64,000 bases of DNA from sequence record PP526765. One strand, given 5' to 3'. The position numbers and the translations under genes are program-made. Source of the DNA: Escherichia phage HK3. Below are positions 19,081-28,495 of the stretch, one piece after another. Position 1 is the stretch's first letter. Every line of letters starts with the position of its first letter. The notes below the pieces were generated by a model. It was not told where the DNA came from, made no database searches, and saw nothing but the letters and a program-made list of their open reading frames with translations.

Positions 19081-19611
19081 ATGAACAAATTTCAAGCTAT
19101 CAACTATATTCGTTCCGTCAATGTCATGTCAAAACCTGTAAAAGATACGTATGAATTTCGTTGCAATGGTGTGCATTTTGCGACCATCACCAAATCAGAA
19201 AACGGGGCTTATTACGTTCATCGCCGTAATGTTGCAACCGTTGTAGTCTCTCATTTTATGCAAGCTGTCGCGGAACTTCTCCCGATGTTTTTGGGTCTTT
19301 ACTTGGATGAGTGTAAGCACATTCACAATCACGTTAAAAACCTTTTAAACAGTTATAAAATGGCTTACGAGCGTTCAATCAAGTACTTAAACAAGTTTTA
19401 CAACGCACCTGAAAATACTGTATCAATGGCCTATGCTGAAAATGGTGAGTTAGTGAGTCTCTTCGAAGTGGAAGAAATCAAGCTGTACGATTTACTCCCT
19501 AGCGGTTACACTAAGACACTGGGAGAAGGTTTGTCTTTCAATATCAAGAATTTAGAAAAAACTTTAAAAGATATTGAAAAAGATATTGACGAGACAATCA
19601 AAAATCTGTAA
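19081..19611 (+). CDS. array small ORF 12 (176 aa)
   Basis: type B cassette plus extra TTGACA promoters at 18890-18920. Confidence 0.55.
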   Translation: MNKFQAINYIRSVNVMSKPVKDTYEFRCNGVHFATITKSENGAYYVHRRNVATVVVSHFMQAVAELLPMFLGLYLDECKHIHNHVKNLLNSYKMAYERSIKYLNKFYNAPENTVSMAYAENGELVSLFEVEEIKLYDLLPSGYTKTLGEGLSFNIKNLEKTLKDIEKDIDETIKNL

Positions 19612-19679
19612 ATTGTCAATCAACGGGGAGGGAATGACCTTCCCCACTAAGTAAAATCCTTAAACTAGGAGTTATCAAG

Positions 19680-19943
19680 ATGGAAAACGTAGAATTAACC
19701 ACACTTTTACAAATCGCAACCGACAAAGAAAACGTAGCATTATTACACCGCATTGAAAGCGATTTGTTCAATGGTGAAATCATCAAAGAGTCTTACGAAG
19801 TTGTCGGATTCAAAGATGGTAAAACATTTGGATTCTTTGACCTCGACAAATGCAACGCTGTTACAAATTACGATGTTTTATCTTGTGAGATTCTTACAAA
19901 ATACAACGAAAAAAGGCTTGCAACATACGCCAACATGCAGTAA
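19680..19943 (+). CDS. array small ORF 13 (87 aa)
   Basis: type B cassette upstream. Confidence 0.5.
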   Translation: MENVELTTLLQIATDKENVALLHRIESDLFNGEIIKESYEVVGFKDGKTFGFFDLDKCNAVTNYDVLSCEILTKYNEKRLATYANMQ

Positions 19944-20008
19944 ATTACTAATCAACGGGAGGGATGACCTCCCTACTAAATAAAGTCCTTAAACTAGGAG
20001 ACTCTAAA

Positions 20009-20257
20009 ATGGCAACTATCCGCGCAACTGTTAACGAATTTGGCTTCTACTCTCTGGATGTTAAATTCGACCTTGTGGGTACTGATAACGCCTTTGAAAT
20101 GGTGAAAGTTCTTATCAGTCAGACCATCAAAGACTATAATCCTTCAGATGAGTTCTGGAAAGAAACAAAACAGGAAGTTCTCAAAGAGGGCTATTCATAT
20201 CACCATTGGGGTGAAAAAATCGTCTCCCTGTACTACGACAAAGAAGGCACTAACTAA
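20009..20257 (+). CDS. array small ORF 14 (about 82 aa)
   Basis: type B cassette; ATG at 20009 (track ORF 19964 starts inside the cassette). Confidence 0.5.
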   Translation: MATIRATVNEFGFYSLDVKFDLVGTDNAFEMVKVLISQTIKDYNPSDEFWKETKQEVLKEGYSYHHWGEKIVSLYYDKEGTN

Positions 20258-20296
20258 TCGACGCAGCGGGGCTAAAATAGCCCCAGATACCTTTAC

Positions 20297-20323
20297 AGCC
20301 CCTTTCCAATAGGGGCTTTTTTA
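20297..20323 (+). terminator. rho-independent terminator closing the array
   Basis: AGCCCCT-TTCCAAT-AGGGGCT hairpin plus TTTTTT; a second GGGGCT...AGCCCC hairpin just upstream. Confidence 0.65.
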
Positions 20324-20329
20324 CGTCTC

Positions 20330-21890
20330 ATCAAATCCCTTTCCTTTCCCTTTCCAGAATCTATCTCATACCTTAAAAAGCAATAACTCTATAGCTTACT
20401 CTATAGCCTTTTATTAAATCAACTTAAATATAAGCCCATAACCCGAAAGGGAAGGGCAACCGTTTAAACGCTCTATAAAGCCCTATAACGGCCTTATTAA
20501 CATAACTTAAGGGATTGCATTACCTAACCCTTAAAAGCCCTTTATAAAGCTTTCTAGGGGCTTAAAAGAGCCTTAAAAGAATCTTATAAGGGTGTAAGCT
20601 TTATCATCTCGTTAGTTATCTTGTGAACTACTAAAAAGGGCTTGTCAGTGTCTTAAAAGTATGTTATAGGGGCTATAAAGTTGCTTAAAAGTTGCTTAAA
20701 AGTTACGTAAATGCTAGCCCCCTTAACATTTTCTTAACAATTTCTTAACAAACCCTACATAGTTATGCTTTCAAGACACTTGTTAGTAACTTGTTAGCCC
20801 CTTGTTAAATCTCTGTTAAGACCACGTAAAAGCTTTGTAAGAGCCTTTGACATAGCCTTTAAAGCTCCTGTAAAGCCCTATAAAGAGCTTTCTACATAGT
20901 TGGGGTGGAATTACTAGAAAGAGACTAAAAAGAGCTTATAAGGAGCTATAGAGAGCTTTTAAAAGGGCTGTTTAAAAGGTCACTAAGAAAGGAAAGGGAA
21001 CGATAAGACCAGAGATAGTGACCATGTTAATAGATTGTTAAAAAGGTTAAACACTTGTTAGGAACTTGTTAATTATCTTAACAAAATAACTCTTTAAAAT
21101 TAACTATTTAGCCCTTGTTAGTCATCTGTTAATCCTCTGTAAAGACTATGTATCAACTGTTAAGAAACTGTTACCCTCTTGTTAAAACTGTTAAGAATCT
21201 GTTAAGTCCTCTGAAGAGATGTTAAAAGGTTGTAGCAACTGTTAAGAGATTGTTAATGATATTTTAAAATTTTGCAAAGGGGGTGTTAAGGAGCTGTTAA
21301 GGGCTACCAAGCAGATATACATCCTAGACAGATATTTTTGAGTTCCTTCAAAGACCCTAAAAAATGACTTGATAGTCCTATTTTATAAAAATTTTAAAAT
21401 TCTGAATAATTACCTAGACAGTCTTTTAAAAATACAGGCATAAACAGGCTTATAAGATACCTTGTTAATACCGTGTTAGACCTTGTGAGATAAGGTCTGT
21501 AAAGATATTCCTGTTAAGTTTGTTAAAACAGCCTATATAGAGGCTTAGTAATACCTAGTGAACACCTATAGAGGGTAACATAGTTGACCTAATGGGTTAC
21601 TGTTAAGTAACACAGGTAACCTAGAGATTAAGAGGTGTATAGGGGCTTCTAAGAGGGTGTAGAGGTATGGTTAAGGTGATTGTATAGGTTGTTAAGAAGG
21701 CTTGTTAGAGGGCTGTTTAGAAGGGCTATACAGATGGCTATTAAGACCACTAGATAGATACTAAGATACTATATAGTACTATATAACTATATAGAGAGTA
21801 AGCTTAAGAAGGTTGTTAAGAAGGGTAGATATTTTATTCACATATGCTGGTGACCCAGAGGTTGGGACAACCGATGAAATTTTATAAAAA
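20330..21890. repeat. 1.6 kb ORF-free field dense in degenerate 8-mers (CTGTTAAG, CTTGTTAR, CTTAAAAG, CTATAAAG) with AT-rich palindromes
   Basis: no ORF of 60 aa or more on either strand; CTGTTAAG-type units recur about every 11 bp in 21150-21270; ACTATATAGTACTATATA palindromes at 21760-21800. Confidence 0.75.
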
Positions 21891-21892
21891 TT

Positions 21893-21925
21893 AAAAAGCC
21901 CCCAATTAAGGAGGCTCTTAAGATA
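21893..21925 (-). terminator. terminator for the minus-strand block
   Basis: minus-strand reading gives AGCCTCC...GGGGGCT hairpin followed by a T-run. Confidence 0.45.
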
Positions 21926-21927
21926 TT

Positions 21928-22521
21928 TTAAACCAGTGTTTCCAGAACTGTCTTCAGTGATGACTTGGTTGTCTGATAAAAATGAGTAAATCCATTGTTA
22001 TTATCAAATACCTGCATCATGATATCATCTCCCTTGATTGGGTACACTCGGATATCATAGTGAAACCCATTAAAGACAGCAGAACCATTACAGAATGCAC
22101 TAAAGTCATCCACTGAAATGTACTCTTCATGACCTGTGATTTTTATACAAACACCTTTACTTGGTCTCTTAGGGTTAATATCTTCCATCACAGACATACT
22201 CTGACCACCAAGAGATACCATAGTGACTACTTTACGGTTCTTCTGTCTAAAGTACATCTTAACTTTCTGTAAAGTGTCTTCATAGAACGGATAAGACCTT
22301 TCTACAAAGACTCCTTCAAGTGGCTCTTTACCATTTTCAACTTCTCTGTTATGCCGTACTGCAAAGATAATTTGTTGGAACCAGTCAAGATTTTCTTCGG
22401 AGAGTGCTTCCCGAATATCAGCCCAATCAAGTACTAGGTAGTTGCCTTCAACTTCTTTTAAGTTATCTTTTTCCATATCTATCACACCATTATCGTAAAA
22501 CTTGGTAATCTGGTACTGCAA
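21928..22521 (-). CDS. hypothetical protein (197 aa)
   Basis: ORF track; co-directional tightly packed block. Confidence 0.5.
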   Translation of the reverse strand: MQYQITKFYDNGVIDMEKDNLKEVEGNYLVLDWADIREALSEENLDWFQQIIFAVRHNREVENGKEPLEGVFVERSYPFYEDTLQKVKMYFRQKNRKVVTMVSLGGQSMSVMEDINPKRPSKGVCIKITGHEEYISVDDFSAFCNGSAVFNGFHYDIRVYPIKGDDIMMQVFDNNNGFTHFYQTTKSSLKTVLETLV

Positions 22522-22954
22522 ACTTATTGTTGTTGTTCTTAATGAGGTCTTCTTCTGTTACTAAAAATGTAAGACCACACAAGTGTGTATATCTGCTATC
22601 ATACTCAAATATTTTAAGTAAGTATTTACCATCATGGTAAACAGATTCTACTACACCTTTTGCAACAATCTTTCCAGTCTTGAAGTCTTTAAGGCGGTAT
22701 ACATTACCGGCTTTAGGAACTGTTTTCATCTCAGGTTCTTTTAGTTTCTCACCAACTTCTACATCACCTAGTAAGTGAGAACTTTCAAAAGCTACATATT
22801 GCATATAAGCTTCTGAGCATTCCCAGATAAAGCAATGTACAAGAGCCTTAGCAGCATGTCTTGAACAATTCAACTTGTCACAAATCTCTTTGTACATTTC
22901 ATCTTTAGTTGAGTTGTCAAGCATTGCTTTTTGAACAACTTCTTTAATTTTCAT
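22490..22954 (-). CDS. hypothetical protein (154 aa)
   Basis: ORF track. Confidence 0.5.
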   Translation of the reverse strand: MKIKEVVQKAMLDNSTKDEMYKEICDKLNCSRHAAKALVHCFIWECSEAYMQYVAFESSHLLGDVEVGEKLKEPEMKTVPKAGNVYRLKDFKTGKIVAKGVVESVYHDGKYLLKIFEYDSRYTHLCGLTFLVTEEDLIKNNNNKFAVPDYQVLR

Positions 22955-23007
22955 TTCGCTACCTTCTAAGTTTCTACAAAGGGGCTATCAAGTAACCCCT
23001 CAAGTTA

Positions 23008-23232
23008 TTACTCAGACTTTTCAGTCTTCTTGTCGGACTTCTTACTAGCCTTCTTCTCAGCTTTCTGCTCAGGTTCCTTCTCAGAAGTTTCCTTGATAAT
23101 CATATCAAGAAGCTCTGACAGGTCACTCTTCAGCAGAGTAACAGGCTGCTCATTGTAGAAGTTTTTGTCAAGATAATCTTTGAACTCTTCAATAGATGGA
23201 AATCCAAAAATTGGTACAGGTGTCTTAATCAT
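23008..23232 (-). CDS. small protein with Lys-rich C-terminus (74 aa)
   Basis: ORF track. Confidence 0.4.
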   Translation of the reverse strand: MIKTPVPIFGFPSIEEFKDYLDKNFYNEQPVTLLKSDLSELLDMIIKETSEKEPEQKAEKKASKKSDKKTEKSE

Positions 23233-23308
23233 TACTTAGTTTCTCCATAGGCATCTTTTAAGATTGCCTTGTTAATCATTTCAGCGATTGCAAAACGAAC
23301 ACATACAG

Positions 23309-23842
23309 CTATAATTGTAGGTTGCATTCTTTACTTACCTCTTCAAGTTTAACCTCAGAATCCTTAAGTCGTTTCTTATGAACTCTGAATCTTAGTAGTG
23401 AGATGATGATACCAGCTAAAGGAACAACATACAAGTACCAAACATCATATGCCTTTGCAGTAATCTGTGTAATGGTCAAGTCTTGAGCTATGGAACTGAT
23501 TGCTGATACTGCCAGTATCGTTGCTAAGAAGAATGCCAGTACCATAATAATACTCAGGCATCCTCTGGCATGGTGTTCATGCTTAATGCACTTATTCTTT
23601 TCGTCAACAACCCTGTTGTAGTCATTTGTAAAGTCTCTGTAGAAAGCTTTCAAGTATTCTTGACTGTAGCCTTCAAAGCAACCTGTACCGTACCAATAAT
23701 CACCACCAAAGTGTGCTATGATACCGGTATCTCCATTTGGTTTGGTTACTCTTAAAGAGACGTGATGACCAGTCTTCTGGTAGTCTATTTTATATCTTTC
23801 TTCGTAAATCATTTCCCAACCCCTCTCAATCGTTTGTTCCAC
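23309..23842 (-). CDS. membrane protein (177 aa; two hydrophobic segments)
   Basis: ORF track; hydrophobic stretches LSIIMVLAFFLATILAV and YLYVVPLAGIIISLL. Confidence 0.5.
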   Translation of the reverse strand: MEQTIERGWEMIYEERYKIDYQKTGHHVSLRVTKPNGDTGIIAHFGGDYWYGTGCFEGYSQEYLKAFYRDFTNDYNRVVDEKNKCIKHEHHARGCLSIIMVLAFFLATILAVSAISSIAQDLTITQITAKAYDVWYLYVVPLAGIIISLLRFRVHKKRLKDSEVKLEEVSKECNLQL

Positions 23843-24042
23843 TCAAGGTCAACAAGTCTTTGCAGGACTTTCCCTCTAGGTGTTACACCTTTTAAATCTG
23901 CATCGTAGCAACGGTAAAAGTCACCTTCAGCGTGTTTACCATAGCATTTTCTGATATTCTGACTTCTACGATATTGTTCTAATAGAGATAGTCTGTAGTA
24001 ATCTTCAACTGTAGTTAGTTTTTTCATTCTTTCACCACGCAT
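23809..24042 (-). CDS. hypothetical protein (77 aa)
   Basis: ORF track. Confidence 0.4.
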   Translation of the reverse strand: MRGERMKKLTTVEDYYRLSLLEQYRRSQNIRKCYGKHAEGDFYRCYDADLKGVTPRGKVLQRLVDLEWNKRLRGVGK

Positions 24043-24110
24043 CTTCTTAAGAAACTAAAAAGGGAACTACCTCTCGATAGCTCCCATCATAGTTAACATT
24101 GTATATTCGG

Positions 24111-24692
24111 TCAAGAGTATTTTTTAGGCAGTAATGCGCTACGTTTGTTACTCTCTTCACTCAACAGTGCGATGAAGTCATCCCCTTTGCCTTTCCACGG
24201 GCTGAATGAAGGGATATGTTCACGAATAGCCTCAATAACCGTCTTAAGTGCTGTATTTTTCATCCACCAATCGGAATCTGCTGATGCCACTACGTAGTAT
24301 CCACCATCATCAGTAATGATTGGCTCTGAGATACATGGTGAAATAAGAGTGGTGATGATTGAGCCATTGTTCATGTAGTATGTGCGCTTCATAACCTTTT
24401 CAAGAAGCTTGTGAAGGTCACCAAACAGTGTTACAAGCTCTTTATGGTCAATGTCTTTTTCGAGATTTGCTCGATACTTCAAAAGTGCAGCATCAACTTC
24501 TCTGTCATTAAACTTGAAGTACTGGACTTCCTCAACAAGACAAACACTGATGTTGTTGACATTCATAGTCAACTTGCAGACTTTTGCAGGAGAATTAATA
24601 CTTGGTTGAAAAAGTGCAACACACCCTTCAATGTTCCCAAAATGTTGGACTAGTGTTACTTGTGGGGTAATATTCTGTTGCTCTTCGGACAT
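24111..24692 (-). CDS. hypothetical protein (193 aa)
   Basis: ORF track. Confidence 0.5.
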   Translation of the reverse strand: MSEEQQNITPQVTLVQHFGNIEGCVALFQPSINSPAKVCKLTMNVNNISVCLVEEVQYFKFNDREVDAALLKYRANLEKDIDHKELVTLFGDLHKLLEKVMKRTYYMNNGSIITTLISPCISEPIITDDGGYYVVASADSDWWMKNTALKTVIEAIREHIPSFSPWKGKGDDFIALLSEESNKRSALLPKKYS

Positions 24693-25036
24693 TACAGTTT
24701 CCTCATTAAATACTTTTTAAGTTGTGTGTTAGGTTTCTCAAAAACTTCTATAGAAGATATCTTGACAGATTCACCACGCATACCTGTATGTTTGAATATA
24801 TAGTACTCTAACATACCTATATACTTTGCTGGTAAGTCATGTTTGATATACACCGTTACAGAATCTTCAAATTCAACAACCTTCGTACCATCTTTGTAGT
24901 TAAACTCTTTAGGATGGTTGTAGTTGTCTATATCATACATTAAAAAGAGTCTTTTACGTTGTAGGTCAAGCTTATTTGTTAAAGACTCTTTAATGTCTGA
25001 GAAGTTTTTGTACACTGTGACATGGAGCTTACTCAT
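24692..25036 (-). CDS. hypothetical protein (114 aa)
   Basis: ORF track. Confidence 0.5.
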   Translation of the reverse strand: MSKLHVTVYKNFSDIKESLTNKLDLQRKRLFLMYDIDNYNHPKEFNYKDGTKVVEFEDSVTVYIKHDLPAKYIGMLEYYIFKHTGMRGESVKISSIEVFEKPNTQLKKYLMRKL

Positions 25037-25322
25037 CGTTAAACTCTCTGACGAAGAAATAGTTGACTTTGTTATTACCTACCATAAGGTCAAAGCAGGT
25101 ATTTTCAAAAGGTTTGTTGTAGGCATCATATGAAACATATGGGTCAGCTACTTGCTTAGTGCTTAACTTCTTACTTGATGGTTTTAAGAGGCCACCATAC
25201 AGTTTCTTGATAGCCTCTTCTACAACAGACCAGATAATCTCGTCAGTAATTTCTTCGTACAGGTCAAGTTCACGCTCTAGTGAGAAGTCACAAATAGGGA
25301 AAATAACCTGCACTTTACTCAT
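25029..25322 (-). CDS. hypothetical protein (97 aa)
   Basis: ORF track. Confidence 0.45.
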   Translation of the reverse strand: MSKVQVIFPICDFSLERELDLYEEITDEIIWSVVEEAIKKLYGGLLKPSSKKLSTKQVADPYVSYDAYNKPFENTCFDLMVGNNKVNYFFVREFNDE

Positions 25323-25723
25323 TAGCGAATGACCTGTGTTACCTGAATAGCTTCAGTTACTGACAAATCACCAACCGTTTCTTCTTTGACGAAGGTGAAG
25401 GTCAGTTCAACAGGCTCTTGCTCTTCTTCTTCTTGCTCAACTGGAACACCATTAAGCTCATCAAAGATTGATTGAGTTGTCCAGTCTTCTCCACCATCTG
25501 GGTAGTGGATTGCATAAAGAGGGAACTCTAAATTATACCAAGCAAAAACAGGGCAACCATCTACATCATCTCGGCATCTGTGGAGATATGTGTTTGTACC
25601 TTCAAAATGCAAATGGAGATTACCATTCTCCTCAAAGATGAGAGCATCTTGCAGGTCTAGTTCCTCATTTTCGCTGTAACGGCTGACATCAACTTTAACG
25701 TGAATATGACTATTATTATTCAT
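25322..25723 (-). CDS. hypothetical acidic protein (133 aa)
   Basis: ORF track. Confidence 0.5.
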   Translation of the reverse strand: MNNNSHIHVKVDVSRYSENEELDLQDALIFEENGNLHLHFEGTNTYLHRCRDDVDGCPVFAWYNLEFPLYAIHYPDGGEDWTTQSIFDELNGVPVEQEEEEQEPVELTFTFVKEETVGDLSVTEAIQVTQVIR

Positions 25724-26114
25724 AAAAACCTCTCTCTGCTTGTTCGATTTTCGCTTTTAGAACTTCACACCGCTCTATGTGATATCTGGCTTCATGTTCA
25801 TGTGTCGCCAAAGTTCTTTCAAGAATGGTTTTATAGTAACCTGCAAGTTGCTCTCTTGTCAATGGGTTCTCTGAAATAATATCAAGACCACTTTCACCTA
25901 GAGTATTAAACTGGCCATGTTCATTTACATGGTAAGTCTCAAATTTGAATAAACCGTTATTAGCAGCCTCAATAGGTGAGAGTTCAACCAACTCAACAGT
26001 GAACATTGTATGCACCCTATCACCAACTGTAACAATGTTACTTCCAATGATGCGTACAAGCGAACCATTACGAGTGTACTTAAAAGTCCCAAAGTCACTA
26101 GCCCAAAGTTTCAT
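25716..26114 (-). CDS. hypothetical protein (132 aa)
   Basis: ORF track. Confidence 0.5.
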   Translation of the reverse strand: MKLWASDFGTFKYTRNGSLVRIIGSNIVTVGDRVHTMFTVELVELSPIEAANNGLFKFETYHVNEHGQFNTLGESGLDIISENPLTREQLAGYYKTILERTLATHEHEARYHIERCEVLKAKIEQAERGFYE

Positions 26115-26127
26115 AGTTTTCTCCTTA

Positions 26128-26155
26128 GAAAATAAAAAAGGCTCCCGAAGGAGCC
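26128..26155 (-). terminator. rho-independent terminator downstream of the lysozyme gene
   Basis: GGCTCC-CGAA-GGAGCC hairpin with a T-run on the minus strand. Confidence 0.6.
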
Positions 26156-26165
26156 TATGAAGATA

Positions 26166-26630
26166 TTACTTTGGGTATACACTGTCAAGATAAATGTCAG
26201 CTTCCATTCTACGTCTGTTTTTCAGACCGTTTGAAGTGACCTTCTTACCTTTGACCGTAACCTTGTTCCACCACTGCATAGCTTCTGCACAACCGCCCTT
26301 ATTACCAGCGTTGTGGCGCTTGATAAATGTGGAGTCCTGCATAGCTGTGATGCCGATGTTGTATGTTTCACTTACAAGTGCATCGAACTCATTCTGAGAA
26401 GTTGGAACCTTGATAGCTTTATTCACTGCTGCAACGAACTTCTCAACATCTGCGAGAAGATACTGTTCAGCTTGTTCAGCAGTAATTTTCATACCCATCT
26501 TAACAGGTTTTCCGTCCATACGGATTGTACCATACCCGATTGTCGGGATTCCGGCAGAATCTTCGTAAGCCTCTAACTTCAGACCTTCAAAGAACTTAAT
26601 AGCTTCTAAACCTTTTCTTGAGAGTTGCAT
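26166..26630 (-). CDS. endolysin, T4-lysozyme-like (GH24)
   Basis: FEGLKLEAYEDSAGIPTIGYGT reproduces the T4 lysozyme catalytic E-(8)-D-(5)-T spacing. Confidence 0.8.
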   Translation of the reverse strand: MQLSRKGLEAIKFFEGLKLEAYEDSAGIPTIGYGTIRMDGKPVKMGMKITAEQAEQYLLADVEKFVAAVNKAIKVPTSQNEFDALVSETYNIGITAMQDSTFIKRHNAGNKGGCAEAMQWWNKVTVKGKKVTSNGLKNRRRMEADIYLDSVYPK

Positions 26631-27262
26631 TATTCCTCCCCTGCTGGGTTAACTGTAACTGTTGCTGCATTAGATGTCACAGAGCCACCTGCACCAGTAA
26701 CTACACAGGTGTAGCTTCCTGCATCAGCAGCAGTTGCACCTTCTTTGGTATAAGTTGCAGCAGTTGCTTCTGGGATAACTTCCTCACCCTTCTTCCACTG
26801 ATAGCCTGTTGCATCAGTAGCAACAACACTTAGTGTCAAGGTGTCACCTTCAGTGATTTCTTGATTGGTTGGCTGCTGAGTGATTGATGGTGGTTTGACA
26901 GCACCTTTCAACTTAGCATTCAGCATTGAGAATGGTTTAACTCTTGCCAGCCATTCACAGTAAATTGTGTCAACATCTTTACCATTGATGATTGCATATT
27001 GTAAGTCCATGAAGAAGTCAGAAGTTCTCATTTGAGCACCGATGCTGTAAAGCAACTCATCACTAAATGGGACTTTATAGGCTGGTTTGTAGTCAAACTT
27101 CTTAACTTCTGCAATATCAGCTTCAGGCCAATACGAACTATATGTAAGCGGTAAAATAGCCTCTTGATATGTTCTAAAATCATATCTCTTACCAGCCTTT
27201 ACATTTGCAACGAAGCCCTTCACAAACTCTTTGAAGTCTGGGTAAGTCTTTGCTTTAATCAT
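26630..27262 (-). CDS. protein with N-terminal domain paralogous to the next gene and a C-terminal Ig-like domain
   Basis: C-terminus GDTLTLSV..GYQW..DAGSYTCVV..VTV has an I-set Ig signature; N-terminus aligns by eye with ORF 27259..27630. Confidence 0.55.
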   Translation of the reverse strand: MIKAKTYPDFKEFVKGFVANVKAGKRYDFRTYQEAILPLTYSSYWPEADIAEVKKFDYKPAYKVPFSDELLYSIGAQMRTSDFFMDLQYAIINGKDVDTIYCEWLARVKPFSMLNAKLKGAVKPPSITQQPTNQEITEGDTLTLSVVATDATGYQWKKGEEVIPEATAATYTKEGATAADAGSYTCVVTGAGGSVTSNAATVTVNPAGEE

Positions 27263-27630
27263 TTCTTTTTAGCCTCTAAATGTGCGTTTAGTCTAAAATA
27301 ACCTTTGTGATGCGGAGATACATCACCAACAACAATACCCTTAACCTTATAACCTTTACCAATTACATACTGGATATCCATAAGGAATCTTCCAAGTCCA
27401 ACAATATGGAACATTGGATATAACAGTTTCTCAGAATCTGGAATATTGATTTCAGGTTTGTAGGTGCGTTGTTCGCTTGTTGGTGTAATATCTTCTTCAG
27501 GCCATTTACTGAGTCTCCATGTCAAAGGTGTTGGGATAACATCATTAAGGTTGTACCTTTCACCATTTTGCACGGAATTGATATAGGATTGTAGGAAGCA
27601 ATAAAAGTCTTTTGCACTCTTAGCTTTCAT
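27259..27630 (-). CDS. paralog of the N-terminal domain of the previous protein (123 aa)
   Basis: shared pattern KAK..DF...RY...PLT...WPE.DI...YKP...SE.LLY...FMD.QY.I..GK. Confidence 0.5.
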   Translation of the reverse strand: MKAKSAKDFYCFLQSYINSVQNGERYNLNDVIPTPLTWRLSKWPEEDITPTSEQRTYKPEINIPDSEKLLYPMFHIVGLGRFLMDIQYVIGKGYKVKGIVVGDVSPHHKGYFRLNAHLEAKKK

Positions 27631-27677
27631 TAAATATCCTTATAAATAGTTAAAGGGGCTGATGCCCCTATCCACAC

Positions 27678-28268
27678 TTAAGCTTTGGTCTTAAGTAGGT
27701 TCTTAAGTTTTTTAAGATTCATACTCTCATCAAACTTAAAACCAAATCCATTGACATAATCAATGAACTCGGATTTCTTACTGAGTGACAATGCGTAACT
27801 CATATCAAAGTTCTTACTTGTTTCTGCGTCTGGACTAGAGTTCACATCAAATGAAATTTCTGTCGGCTCTTGCTTACTTTTTCTAATATTATCAACCAAC
27901 AAACATGTATAGTTTGCTGGATAGAAATTTACACTACCATCAACGTAGCTGTACTTATTATTATGGATAAGGTTGGAAAAGACCTTAAGGAATGTTTCTG
28001 AGTCGTGGCAAACAAGCTTGAATTGGCTGCTCTCTCCAAGCGCAACTAATGAGTACGGACTTTCACTATCGAAGTCATAGTTTGGATTCGATGTCGTAAC
28101 TGTTACACGCATCAAGTTATTAGCAATAGTCTTCTGTTTAAAAGAATTTGGAACATAGTGAAGACCTCTATCGCACTGATTAACTAATTCTTTCAATAGG
28201 TCATTTGCATATGGTGAATTAATTGATACAGAGCCATCACTATTATAATTAAAACTTACTGTTAACAT
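27678..28268 (-). CDS. hypothetical protein (196 aa)
   Basis: ORF track. Confidence 0.5.
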   Translation of the reverse strand: MLTVSFNYNSDGSVSINSPYANDLLKELVNQCDRGLHYVPNSFKQKTIANNLMRVTVTTSNPNYDFDSESPYSLVALGESSQFKLVCHDSETFLKVFSNLIHNNKYSYVDGSVNFYPANYTCLLVDNIRKSKQEPTEISFDVNSSPDAETSKNFDMSYALSLSKKSEFIDYVNGFGFKFDESMNLKKLKNLLKTKA

Positions 28269-28495
28269 TTTTCAGTTCTCCTGCGATTTATGATTTTGCT
28301 GCAATAGAGAAACGAAGTAAACTCACTGGAAGAAACCATTAAGTGTTGTTCACTAGATTGAGCCATTGCCCTGAAATACATTCCAGTCAAAGCATCGTAG
28401 TGACTATTCTTTCCAATTGAGGTTATATAGCCATGACTCTTTGCAGTTTTATATAAATCTATAATATCTGCGATTTCTAATTGGGAACTACACAT
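28262..28495 (-). CDS. hypothetical protein (77 aa)
   Basis: ORF track. Confidence 0.4.
   Translation of the reverse strand: MCSSQLEIADIIDLYKTAKSHGYITSIGKNSHYDALTGMYFRAMAQSSEQHLMVSSSEFTSFLYCSKIINRRRTEKC

Larger units (their letters stand above)
14560..20330 (+). repeat. array of about 12 repeated regulatory cassettes, each ending in CCTTAAACTAGGAGATTCWAAAATG, interleaved with 14 small ORFs
   Basis: type A cassette: TTTACA-(hairpin GGGGCTTA...TAAGCCCC)-AGATAAAGAACTTTACCAC-; type B: TTGATT-N17-TAAATT-ACTAATCAACGG-(hairpin GGGGAGGGAATGACCTTCCCC)-ACTAAGTAAAACC-. Confidence 0.8.

Noticed and set aside
14560-20330. Regularly spaced repeats that could suggest a CRISPR array
   Set aside because: Repeat units are 65-220 bp and contain promoter hexamers, hairpins and a Shine-Dalgarno plus ATG; the intervening segments are 200-540 bp protein-coding ORFs, not 30-40 bp spacers
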